Shown here piece after piece: positions 11,204 through 23,006 of a stretch of DNA of 64,000 bases. A model generated the notes under the pieces. It was not told where the DNA came from, ran no database searches, and saw nothing but the letters and a program-made list of their open reading frames with translations. How positions within the stretch are numbered: the stretch's first letter is position 1; every line of letters begins with the position of its first letter. This DNA comes from Podarcis pityusensis (Eukaryota). Where the stretch lies: assembly GCA_964106645.2 (NCBI GenBank), contig OZ067045.1; one strand, 5' to 3'. Made by a program: the position numbers and the translations under genes.

Positions 11204-11689
11204 GCTTTCACTTACTTGCACAGCAGTGGCTCTCCGGGGTTTGAGGCAAACTCTTTCCTGGGGATGCTGGGAACTGAAGCTGGGACTATTTTCATGCAAG
11301 TCATGTGCTATGCCAGTGAATTGTGGCTCTTCCCCACGAACAGCAGCCAAGTTGCTTCATCTTCCTGGTCCCAAGGAGTGTTGAATTACAAGTCAGGGAA
11401 GTGGCATCCATGCTGCAGACGCACATGTGAATTATCTGGACAACTCTTAAGTTAAGCCTTCAGGGACTTAACATCTGACCTTTGAAACTGACCTCCTTCT
11501 GTCAGTGTTGCAGACAAGGCCCACTGCTGCACAGGTAAGAATTAACTGTGTGATATCAGTATCTTAAGATCAAAAGAGCAGGACTCCTCTGCAAGCAACC
11601 AAAAATCTGCATCCCTAAAGCATCTCTTCCTGAAACTCCAGCCCTAAAGCCCCATCACTCCACCCACCCACCCACCCACCCACACTTAC

Positions 11690-11809
11690 TTCCAGGCAGT
11701 TTCATGTTCTCCACCACAGGTAAGAAGACTTCTTTGTCCCGCTTGTCCTCCTCCAGTGTTCGTTGAACAGTCAGTTGGTACAGCTTCAGGGAAATGATGT
11801 CATGGTTAT
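11690..11809 (-). CDS. LMAN2L: LMAN2L exon 8
   Basis: ccccag|AT AAC CAT GAC... = (D)NHDIISLKLYQLTVQRTLEEDKRDKEVFLPVVENMKLPG, ending A|gtaagt. 120 nt, phase 1-1. Confidence 0.95.
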
Positions 11810-12792
11810 CTGGGGCAAAAGAGGAATAGGGAGAAGGAAGAGTGTGAGCACAACAGGCAGGCAGGCAGGCAGGCAGGCACTCCCCTCACACCTGCTGAAA
11901 TTCCCCCTTGCGTGGGAGGGAGCACAACCTCTACTGGTTGGCCAGGTAGCCTTCCCACTTGGCTCTCACAGACATCTCAGGAATGGCTTGCGACCATTGT
12001 TCAAGAACTCTATTTTGTCAATTCTATCTGGGGAAGAGTAGACAGATAGCTCATCCCAAACTCCTCACAAATAGGAATGACTTTGCCCATCACTGACTGG
12101 AGCGAACTTTGTGGAACTAGGCTGCCTAAACAGACCCAACACCAGCGGCTGTGTGGCAGTCCTTTAAGCTAGACTTCATTAACATGCTCACAGAACGGCA
12201 AGAGCACACAACTGCACAGCAGATCCCTTCGGTCAACTTAGATCCACCCTCTCCTTCCCACTGTGCAATGGCAGTTGGCCCTGGGCGAGGCATCCATCCT
12301 GGAGTCCTCCCCATGTTCCATGCACAGCCAGCCATTCCTTTAGATTAAAGAGGAACAACCAGCTCTGACTTATGGACAGGATTTGCATCTTCAGAGGAGA
12401 AGCTGTGCAGCCCTTAGGCCACTGGGGTGCAATGGGCAGACAGAGGTCACCGCTAAGCAATTAATAACTTATCATAGAAACTTTGGTGAGACATGAGTAA
12501 AAAAAGGGTGAATGAGCCCAGTTAGGAGCACGTAAGAGGCCATGTCTAAGTGAGAGGAACCCACACAAGGCACATGAGTGATGCCCATTTGAAAATGAGA
12601 CCCATGAAAATACAGCAGGTATGTTTGCAAGTGTAAGGACTGTGAGCTCAGTTCTAATTCTGAAACTCAAGATGTTCCTAGGTGCAATTTTCTCTTAATT
12701 CTAAGTGCACATCTTTAGCCCCTGGCTACAGCTGATGCATCTGTGAGTTGTAATGTAGATCCCACAAGCCTGAAGTCTGCCCTCGCCTGGTC

Positions 12793-12928
12793 CAGGCATA
12801 GGCAAACTCGGCCCTCCAGATGTTTTGGGACTACAACTCCCATCACCCCTAGCTAACAGGACCAGTGATGAGGGATAATGGGAATTGTAGTCCCAAAACA
12901 TCTGGTGGGCTAAGTTTGCCTATGCCTG
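12793..12928. mobile_element. Palindromic hAT-type MITE (136 bp)
   Basis: Perfect 16-bp TIR CAGGCATAGGCAAACT / AGTTTGCCTATGCCTG and a nearly fully palindromic interior. No clean TSD is visible. Confidence 0.8.
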
Positions 12929-13117
12929 AGAAAGACTAAAGATATTTTAGGCATCTACAAACAGAACTGCAGGAAAACATGAGAGCCAGCAGCCATTTAT
13001 GGGTTCACTTTTCCCTGAACTTCTTCATTTCTGCTTCTAGGAGATCTGGCTTTGGACTCTTGAAAAACACAGCAGCAGGAGGAGGAGGATGCTTTCCGCC
13101 GGCCTTAAAAGCAGTAC

Positions 13118-13232
13118 CCGACAGGTCCCCGGTGACAGAAGAGACCCCAAAGTAGTAGCCGCGTGGCAAGTGTACTCCTGGGATGTCAATGCAGTCTCTC
13201 CATTCATGCTTGCCATCGATATCAAGCAAGAC
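13118..13232 (-). CDS. LMAN2L: LMAN2L exon 7
   Basis: tttcag|VLLDIDGKHEWRDCIDIPGVHLPRGYYFGVSSVTGDLS G|gtactg. 115 nt, carrying the L-type lectin GDLSD motif. Confidence 0.95.
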
Positions 13233-13341
13233 CTGAAAAGAGAGAAGACTCAATCCAACCTACTCCTTTCTGAGGCCACACCTGAGGAATGCCGGTGGGA
13301 ATGTGGAATGCAGAGGACAAAGTGCACAGAGAAAGACTCAC

Positions 13342-13503
13342 CGTAAGCCTCCTCTTCACATAGCGGATCACCAGGAATGTGTCGTGGTTCAAGTTGCGCA
13401 CCATTGCTGTGCATCCACCAAGTTCAGTGGGTCTGCCATCTCTGTCGTGGTCATAGGCGAGGGACCCATTGCTCACCATGGCAGAGACGTATGGGAACAC
13501 CCG
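13342..13503 (-). CDS. LMAN2L: LMAN2L exon 6
   Basis: ttccag|RVFPYVSAMVSNGSLAYDHDRDGRPTELGGCTAMVRNLNHDTFLVIRYVKRRLT|gtgagt. 162 nt, phase 0-0, followed by a 109-nt intron. Confidence 0.96.
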
Positions 13504-14749
13504 CTGGAAGAGAAGGGAGGAACTGCAGGTCAGCCAGCTATTTGCACACTGCTCTGTCAAAGGTCTGGTCACATCCAGTGGACAAGGGAAGGGAAACAGG
13601 CATGCAGGGAGCCAAGCAGGACAGAGACAGAACCCAGAATGAGCATTAGCAGGGCTGGGACTTACTCTGGACAAGCAAGCACAGATCAGCACAAACTACT
13701 CCTACATCTGAGCAAAAGTTAAGGTCTAAAAAAGGGTTAGACAACAGCACTCACTCCCAAAGGAGGCAGTGATGGAGAAGAAAGCTATCAATGTCTACCA
13801 GCCATGATGCCAAAGTTCCGCCTCCACGTTCAGAGACAGTAATGTTTCTGAATGCCCGTTGCTGGAAGTCACAGGAGAGTGTGCTCTTGTGCTCAGTTAC
13901 TTGCAGGTTACCCACAGGCACAGCAGAAATAGGAGAGGCACACCCCAAATTCTGGAAGGGTGTGCTTTGATGCTCTCAAAACACATTGAGTCTCACCTAG
14001 CAAATAGGTACAAAACTAACTAATGTACAAAGATATAAAATGCCCACCACCAGCTTAAGCAACAGTAGCACCGCCTGAGCCAACAGGCTGCTCCACTTGA
14101 CTAAACAAGAGGCTGGAGACTTCCTGGTTACTGCAAGATGGCTACAGACGTAGAGTGCAGTTCTCCATGAATGGTTCGATTGTCGTGAGAGAACACAGGC
14201 CCTTTGCCAACCTCACGGGAGAACTTAACCGTGAGGCTTGTGCCCCATGAAATTCTTCTAAGAGATGCATCTTGCCCTTTTAGACTATACATTTCTAACC
14301 AGGCAACATTAGTGTATTACTTCTGATATCTGCATCAAGTGTTGTTAGGTACACCACCTTTCAGCACAAGCCTAGAAACATATAGACTATGGAACTGGGC
14401 ACAGAATTCCATTTCTCAAAACTTCAAGTTTTTTAAAATAATAATAATCCTCAAGTTTCTAAGCCATGGTTTATAAAAAATATGCTTGAAAGCCTGTAAG
14501 AGCCCCATCCCCCAGGCAGCATCAAGTCAGTCAAAAGCACAGATTCTGTTTCGCTGTTGTGACTACTGGATAATCCACCGTTAGACCTGCCCTCCTTTAT
14601 GGATTTGCCTCAACTCCCTTTAAAGCCATCTAAAGCAGTGACCATCGCCACACTTTGAATACTGTGAGTTTCATAATTTTTAACAAAACACTTGTCTGTC
14701 CTAAAGCCACCATGCAAGGTCTTCTGCTAAAGGGAAGAGGTGAGAAGGA

Positions 14750-15154
14750 AGAAGTTTATAAACTCAGGCATGGCATGAAGAAGGCAAACAGAAAAGTTTG
14801 CTCTCTCTCAAAACGCTAGAACTCATGGACCTCAATGAAGCTGAATGCTGGAAGACTCTGGATGGATAAAGTAAAGTCCTCCTTCACACGGAGCATCCTC
14901 GCTCCCACAAGAGGCAGTGATTGCCACCAACCTGGAAGGCTTTAAAAGAGGACTGGACAGATGCATGGAGGAGGGGGCTACTGATGCCTTCAAGGCCAGA
15001 GGCAGTCTGCTGCTGGAAGGCACAGAGGGGGAGAAGGCTCTTGCACTCGGGTCCTGCTTGTGGGTTTCCTCAAGGCATATGGTTGGCCACCGTGAGAACA
15101 GGATGCTGAACTAGATGGGCCACTGATCTGATCCAACAGGCTCTTATGTTCTTA
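14750..15154 (+). mobile_element. CR1 LINE 3' fragment
   Basis: gaagtttataaa...caatgaagctgaatgctggaaga...ggctttaaaagaggactggacagatgcatggag...ctagatgggccactgatctgatccaacaggctcttatgttctta is a typical squamate CR1 ORF2 end plus 3'UTR. Confidence 0.75.
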
Positions 15155-15735
15155 AGCGGTTAAAAGACCTCTCCCTCTTCCCAGGCACTTTAGGTGACCA
15201 CCATAAAGCCCTGTCTGCATCTTAGCACAGAAGGACCCTACTACGTATCTGCAAAGGCAACTGTGCCCTGCCTAACAGTGGAAGTGGCTCTCGGAAGGTC
15301 ACAGTGTGTCACTTTTCATTTTTACTAGTCCAAGTTCATCTTGGACAATCGCCCCATCTACAGATTATGAAATGAGGCCTGAAATTTGTGGTTTGCCCAA
15401 GGCCAGCTGAGGAGTCTGAGATTTGAACCCAGAGGTCCCTATGCTCCAAATGCATTAAACTGATGAGACTCACAAGAGAAGGCAGGGGAAAATATCCCAG
15501 TAACTAAACATATAGCAAAGCCAGATCTGCAGGGAAAGGATGGTGAAGAATGGAAAGATAGAGGGTGGTCCAGTAAAACAGGCTGTCATTCAATAATTGT
15601 CGCTCTGGTTCCAAGCACTGGAGTTTTCCGACCTGGGATATTGGCAGACATAAAACCCAAAAGCAGTAAGAGAGGCAGACTGGCAAAGAGAACGCTATAA
15701 GCTTGATGCAAGGCTAGGAGAGCATCTTCAAGTAC

Positions 15736-15768
15736 CTGGTTTCCTGAGGAATACCTCTTCTTCTGGGC
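15736..15768 (-). CDS. LMAN2L: LMAN2L 33-nt cassette exon (exon 5), AQKKRYSSGNQ
   Basis: ctggattctcag|GCCCAGAAGAAGAGGTATTCCTCAGGAAACCAG|gtactt. Phase 0-0, lying between ...EEKQQE and RVFPY.... Resembles the 11-aa insert of the long human isoform (recalled as AQKRRYSPGVQ). Confidence 0.85.
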
Positions 15769-18155
15769 CTGAGAATCCAGAACAGTTATTGCAAAGCAAG
15801 GGAGAGAGGGAGGGAATGAAGCAAGAGACAGTCATCCAACAGACAGTTAAACATTGACCTGTAAAACTACACACCACCACTCAACCGTGACCAAGATCCA
15901 TATGGGGGAAAGCCTTGGCAACTATTCATATTCCTGGAATTGATGGTCAGGGATATTTTGATACAAATCTAAAGAAACTCTAAAAGCGCAGGTGAGGAAA
16001 TTTAACCACAAATGGGCTCAATGATATGAACTCAAGTACCCAACACTACCAAGCAGGAATCCAGCCAAACCATGTGCTTGCATATAGGCAATGGAACGGG
16101 TTGTGTTTTTCAAACTGCAAATCCTGACATTAAAAAAAGACAGCTTTTAAATCCTGCCCAGCATACTTTATTTTTAAAATTTTTTATTAAATATCTTCTT
16201 GGGTTACAAAAGTACATATTGTTTGTTTTCAGATCTTGAAGTCCTTTCTACAGACTTCAATGTTGCATACAGTATCAAGATACTTCTTGACCCACAGAGC
16301 TTACCAGCCAAATGCTTCGTAAGCAGTGCCGCCATCCCCCAGCAAGTCATGTGCACCAGGTTCTTTGCACACTTGCCAGATGCACCAGACAACGTCCAGG
16401 AGAAATCAACTGAATCAGATGGCCAAGGACACCTGTGGCCCTAGAGATCCGCCTACAGTGATGGCTCCCTGTTGGACTAGCATTTCATCCAGAGGGGCGT
16501 CTTCACCTCCATCCACTGCTGGCCTCAACTGGCAACAGGCAATGCTGCTACTCCTGAATCTGGTGCAACTGGATCACTCTCCTCATTCCTAACTACAGGG
16601 AGGAACCAAAGTGACTCACCCTTCAAGGAGGCTGCCTGCTCCCTGCCTGAGGTATGCCTAGATCAGCAGCTCATGCAGAGGCACAGCAGGTGAGGCTGTT
16701 CTGAGGCAGGCAAGTGACTTTACAATAAAACTCTCTTGCGCGTACAAGTAAAATGAGCCTTCTTTTTCAATGGGGGGGGGGGAGGAGGTGCTTCACTTTC
16801 CCCACCCAAGTTCACACTGGCCAAGACCACGGGGAGCAGGAAGAGAAACTGAACTTCCTTTCATGGGAGGGCCCAGCAGGGTTACTACCAGAGGTTCAAG
16901 AATGGCTTTCACTGCCATTTAAGGCAAATTCAGAGCTCCACTGAAGGGAGACATTTCAAAAGGGAATACAAAGAGCCTCCTCAGGTAGCCAAACAAAAGC
17001 AAAGCTCAAATAGTATTAGAAAACCTGAGCAAATATCGGCTTATTTGGGGGGAAAACAACTGCTCAGTATTTCCACAGCAAGGCCAACCAGATTTTTTTT
17101 TAAAAGGTCTGAAACTGCAGAGCCTCATTGTGCAGCAAGTCTGCTTGCCATTTGAAGAGGAGAGATCCAAAGTAAAGATGGGAAGGGGTAGTTTTGTTGT
17201 CACAGAGCTGCTCTGCTCCACAATAAGGTGAGCCGCTACAGGGCATGCCACGTGCTGCCAAGGATGGTCCATGGTAGAAACCATTTGATTCTGGAAGCCA
17301 TGTTCAGAGGTCTTGATTTAAAGTGACCTGTGGTGGACAGGGAATGAGAGAGACAGAGGGGAGGGAGAGAAAGAGATGGAGACCCTGCTCCATGGCCTTG
17401 GAATGGGGTCATTAGTTCAACTGTATTACTGAACTTGGCCACCCTTGTTCTGAACAACCTTCCCCAACCCGGTGCCCTCCTGATGCCTTGGATTACAACT
17501 CACATCAGTCCTAGAAGACACCAGGCTGGAGATGGCAATTTCAGAACACTGGACAGAATATTCAACATAGCACATCACAGCTGTACAGAACATCTGGCAA
17601 TTCCAACCAGTTTAACTTTTAGAATAGAATCGGATGGTAAAATTTCCCGAGATTGTACAGCTTTAGGTTGCAGGAAGGGATTAAAACATTTGATTCCAAT
17701 GAAGAAAAACTCTCTGCACATACAAAAATAGAATTGAAAACGTAGAATCAAAAGCAAGCAGCATTGGCTTGGAATAACTAGTCAGATGGGTTTGGGATTT
17801 ACAGGTTACACATTATCGTATCTCAACCAAGACAGGGCAGTAATAGGATGAGAGTTGGGGATTAAACTCAGAAAAGATTTCGCATTGACAGAGAAGCTGC
17901 AATATGGCAGCAAACCTGCTAGCAGGATGTCCTTTAGGGCACCAGACAGAAGCTCCTCAATTCTGACTTGGTAAAAAGAAAAAGAGGCAGATATAATAGT
18001 CACTGATTCAAGACAAGGTTCCTTCATAGTTCCTCAGATATACGATGCATGCACACTTCCATGTACAAAAACATTTGCATCAATCTCAGAAAAGAAGGCA
18101 GAAACCAATAAAGATCTTGCAAGTTAAGGAACGTATTTTAAATAGCTGGCTAGAC

Positions 18156-18363
18156 CAGGGGTCAGCAACCCGCGGCTCCGGAGCCGCATGTGGCTCTTTT
18201 ACACCTTTGCCACGGCTCCGGGGCGGATACTAGCGAGGGGAGGAGGCGCACTGTGTGCCCCGACACTCCCCACTGTTTTAAATGTCGCAATGGTTTTGCG
18301 GCTCCCAGTTTTTTTTTCTTCGGTCCAAGTGGCTTTTTTTGTCTTAAAGGTTGCAGACCCCTG
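18156..18363. mobile_element. hAT (Charlie-like) MITE with 8-bp TSD
   Basis: TIR CAGGGGTCAGCAACC / GGTTGCAGACCCCTG. TSD GGCTAGAC at 18148-18155 and 18364-18371. Confidence 0.9.
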
Positions 18364-19354
18364 GGCTAGACCATCTTTTTTTTAAATGAGGAGTTACCAC
18401 AATTCTAGTCATGCCCTTGTCAGCCTGGTACCCAGGAGGTATCTGGTACTGCATCTACCACCAGCCACAACGTGGTCATATGCTCATCATCTGAGGCCCT
18501 TTGTGTGCTTCCTCCATGAGAGGTCCAGAAGGAGGCAACGCGAGAACGGGCCTTTTCTATGGTGGTGGCCCATTTGTGAAATGCTCTCCCCAAGGAGAAT
18601 CACCTGGCGCTTTCATTATACATTTTAAGGCACCAGGTGAAAATGTTCCTCTTCAACCAGGTCTTTGGCCTTTAACTATCTATGGCCTTTTAGAGGTGGG
18701 CCAGATGTTTTTTAATGTATTTCTTTCTCCTCTTGGTTTTAATGGGGGTTTAGTTGGTTGTAAGTCACTTTAAGTTGCCCTGGGCAAGACAGAGCAACTA
18801 ACGTATTTAATAATAAATAATACTTTGCTGGGGATCATGAGGAACCATGGCCATGTTGGTGGAGCCTGTGGGGAGCTGTCATCCAAAACACTGAGTGGAC
18901 ATGAAGCTCAAGAAAGCTGAGCTATGCTCAATGGATATAAAGTTATACAGGGAAGCACATGGGCAAAGTTGGTTGAAGCAAAGCTAAATATATATTTCCT
19001 GTCATTGGGGTGTGTGGCTTCAGTGCACAGTTTCTCAGCCCTTCAGATGAGTAGCAAAAAGCAATGCTTATGAAAAACTGAATTGATGGAGACCACGACA
19101 AATTTACATTGTGCTGGAAGTATTAAAATCCTGCACTCTAAACACACAGATCATGCTATTTGTGGTTCATTTTATGTCATTCATGGCCAATTACAGACCC
19201 TGAACCCGCTAGTAAGCAGAAAACAGACTTAGCACTTTAAAAAACCAAAACCTTCATCCCATTGCAATGGACACCCCGGGACACTGAACAACAAGGATTC
19301 CCCCCCCCCCCCCGCTTTCTCACTGCTATAACCGCTGTTCCAAAGCCACCTTAC

Positions 19355-19437
19355 CTCCTGCTGTTTTTCCTCATTTGGATAGGTGTCTACAAACACTCCC
19401 AGCCCTAGAAAGTTATCCTTGCTCCCGAAGACAGGCC
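19355..19437 (-). CDS. LMAN2L: LMAN2L exon 4
   Basis: gttctag|(G)PVFGSKDNFLGLGVFVDTYPNEEKQQE|gtaagg. 83 nt, with the Ca-binding DTYPN motif of L-type lectins. Confidence 0.96.
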
Positions 19438-21340
19438 CTAGAACAGATGTCAGTGTGTTCACCATCAGATTCCACCAGCTGCTTCTTTCTAGCATTTTAC
19501 TCCACCACTTGGTGGAGCAAGCAGAAGTTTGAGCTAAGCAGGCTTATTCCCCACAACCAAACTACAGAAGACCTGGCTTCCCATTTACACAACTTTTGGA
19601 AAGACTTATTAATGGATGCCCATTACAACACATTTCAACTTTATAGCTTATTTTGAACAATGCAAATCTACAGCAGAGAAGTGCAAGGTTCTCGTGCCTG
19701 TATTCAATAGTCATCCATCTCCCAAATCAGCACATTTTGAAGTCAGTGATGGCTAACCCTGAAATGGACCCTGGAGCAATCCAACATGATTCTTGGTGGG
19801 TTTACCAGACTTTAGTCAGGTTTTGAGCAAGAGATACAAATTTAACTCCAAGGGGAAGTGCTTTCAGAGTATAAAAGCACCCACATTCAAATGCTTATGA
19901 ATACAAGTACATTAATCAAGGAGGGGGCAGTAACCTAGTCATTCATGGACGTTGTTCTTGTAGAATAGCCATCTCCAGCTTGATGCCCTCCAGATGTTTT
20001 GGGCTACAGGCAGACCAAAAGATTTGGAAGGCACCAGGTTGGAGATGGCTATTGTGCAGCAACTCACACTTTAGGACTCTGGCTCACTGCCCAGAAAAGT
20101 ATGGTTCTTGAGAATGCAGGTCTGCCTCTCCCATTTAAAGCTACAGCTCAGTCAAACTGGTTTTAGTTGAAAAAAATACCACCTTATCCCCCGAGTCAGG
20201 GGTCAGGAATAGGATCCAGCAGGCAGGCCAAACCCTCCTCTCTCCTTTACCTGCCACCTGCCCACAGGCCAAGTTTGACAGATGGGCAGGGTCACTCCTC
20301 TGACATCACAATGTCAGGTGATCTATTTTTGCCTTTGTAGTTTGAAACCAAACCATGTGGTCAAAGGCACAGCCCTGTACTTTGCAAAGCCAACAATCAG
20401 CTGACCATTGTGTGCACAGTGCTTTGCAAGCCCTAACAATCAGATGAAAGCAAAGTGCTGTTTAGGGGTTTTGCAGGTGCTACTGTTCAGGTGCCTGCAA
20501 ACTCACTTTCGACTCAGCCGTGCCTTTACCTGCCCTACACTCAACTTCATAGACGCCATCAGATGCAAGGGAGGTTGGGCATGGCTTAGTCAAAGCAGCC
20601 TCAAAGGCCTAACGTGGAGGCTGGGAGGGCCTAAGAAGAGGTTCCCCACTGACGTCCTAAGTGCCAACTTCCTGGCTTCTTCAGGGCTCTTCTACATTAA
20701 CCTGTTTGAGAGAGAGACAGTGTGAATGCATCCAGTTACTGGGGGCAGGAGAAGTGATCGGCATCCATTTAGGGCCAAAACAAATTTATCATGTGGCATT
20801 AGGCAAAGCACAGGATCTCAGGGGTTGTCCTTCCTCACACTCTAGAGCCACTAGCCTAGAACCAGATGAGCAGACGTTGGTGTGGGAACCATTACTTATC
20901 TCCCAGTGCACTTTCAGTTGAATCCCCTGACATCACAATGAAAAAATCTGAAGAGATTCTTTGGGGTTCCCACTACATACTGAAGAGGCAACCTGCTTCC
21001 CGGATATGTTCACAACTTAAACTAGTACTAGCTTGCCAACTTTAGCAGTGCAAAACAATTGCAGCAAGAAAACAGTAAGAAGGAATTTATTATTATTATT
21101 AATTATTATTATTATTATTACTCAAGGTGGGGGGGAATGCAGGAGCTGGGGTTTTAACTCAGCAGCTTTAAGTATATTGCCTTACAGCCACTATAAAAGA
21201 AGAAAACCTAAACTGGAAAAATGGTACTCCATTCAATAAAGTTCTCAAGCCTTTGTTTGAGGTAGCTTTTAGCTCACTTCCCATCCATTACACAAGACAA
21301 GTCGTCTCCCCTTGCAAATGCAAGAGAAGATGTGAATATA

Positions 21341-21653
21341 CAGTGGTGCCTCGCAAGACGAAATTAATCCGTTCCGCGAGTCTCTTCGTCTAGCGGTTTT
21401 TTCGTCTTGCGAAGCAACCCTATTAGCGGCTTAGCGGCTTAGCGCTATTAGCGGTTTAGCGGCTATTAAAGGCTTAGCGGCTTAGAAAAAGAGGGGGGGG
21501 AGAGAAAAAAATCTCAAGACTCGCAAGACATTTTCGTCTTGCAAAGCAAGCCCATAGGGAAATTCATCCTGCGAAGCGCATCGGAAAACGGAAAACCCTT
21601 TCGTCTAGCGGGTTTTTCGTCTTGCGAGGCATTCGTCTTGCGGGGCACCACTG
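21341..21653. mobile_element. Tc1/mariner (Tigger/pogo-like) MITE with TA TSD
   Basis: TIR CAGTGGTGCCTCGCAAGACGAA vs CAGTGGTGCCCCGCAAGACGAA (21/22). TA on both sides. Internal TAGCGGCT repeats and retained CpGs. Confidence 0.9.
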
Positions 21654-21815
21654 TACACACACAAACCCCAATCCACAGCAAGCTGATCTGTGCTATCAGA
21701 ATCTAGAGACGGGCGCAAAGCAGCCAGGTGGCTCACTGCTATGCATCTGCATGCATTCGGTCCCTTGAGCAGAGGCTTGTGGTTTGGCAATGCACTCGAG
21801 AGAAAAGTCGTTTAC

Positions 21816-21933
21816 CTGGCTGCATACGGTCCTTTGTGTACCAGATTGCAAAGCCATCTCCATTCAGATTCTTCTTTCCTTGCCCGTGGATTTTGAAGTG
21901 TACCTGCATCTCCCAGTCTCTCAAGTAACAAGG
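21816..21933 (-). CDS. LMAN2L: LMAN2L exon 3
   Basis: ttgcag|PCYLRDWEMQVHFKIHGQGKKNLNGDGFAIWYTKDRMQP G|gtaaac. 118 nt. Confidence 0.96.
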
Positions 21934-22595
21934 CTGCAAAAAGCGGAAAGGGGACAGGGAGAAGACAATGTATTTGTGATATCAGGGACAACTATTCCAA
22001 CATCTGCCACACAAGCACGTAAGGAAAAAAGGAGACTTTTGGTCACATTTACACTACAAATTTAATTTGGTTTTAAAACCAGATTTGTTAAATGGCTTTC
22101 TGCCAGGAAGAAAAGTATTCCAAAAGCACTGCGAATTCTGTTATCAACCCTTAGTTTTAATATACTTTGAATGCATCTACTTTGCATGCAGAAGGTGCCA
22201 GGTTCAATCTCTGCCATCCCCAGGTAAGGCAGGAAGAGGACCTCATCTTGAACCCTGGGCAGTAGGCAGTACTGAACTAGACACTCTGAGCAAGGAAGCT
22301 CCCCGTGTCCCATAGCACAAAAGGACAGGCTCTGCCCTGAGAGGCTTACCATCTAATTTGGCATAGGACAGTGATGTGGATTTTCCAGAGCATTGTGAAT
22401 TAAAATTTCAACTGGAAAATTTCACTATGCAAGCTGGGGTAATTTGCTTTGGAATTTTTTCTGATGCCCTACAGACTGATCTAATTAAGTGTGTTTGTTG
22501 ACTAAATGCAAGTAAAACAAAGCTTTAAAAAAGAAACAATATTTTTTGTCAAAAATAAAAAAGCACTGGAGAATTTTGCATGGAGAAATTTATAC

Positions 22596-23006
22596 TAGGG
22601 CTAGGCAATATTTGGTTTTCAACCTCATGACATATCAACAGCTAAACATCATGATATACTGATGTATCACAATGTCTGAAATAAGGATGGAGCTATGAAG
22701 AGACATTGGCTGGCTTCACAGTTTTCCTCACATTGTGACTTTTGCATAGCGTGCACACACCATGATTTACGATATATTGCTGGGTCAAAAATTCTGAAAC
22801 CAATTTTATTATTATTAACATTAATTAAATTTATCTATCACCCTGTACCCACATGTCTCAGAATGATTCACAGAATAAAATCAGAATATAAAACCATAAA
22901 ATACTTTGAACAAAAACAACTCAAACCGCCTCCCCCCCCCCCCCAATATCATGATATGGACTTCAAATCAGTTTTGGCCGATGTATCTATATATCATCCA
23001 GCCCTA
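22596..23006. mobile_element. hAT-like MITE with TAGGGCT termini
   Basis: TAGGGCTAGGCAATAT ... ATATCATCCAGCCCTA. Flanks ATTTATAC / ATTTCCAC look like a decayed 8-bp TSD (6/8). Confidence 0.6.

Noticed and set aside
16260-16600. Coding-looking segment in the LMAN2L intron
   Set aside because: All frames are interrupted or unrecognisable. It is probably a decayed retroelement that I could not classify.
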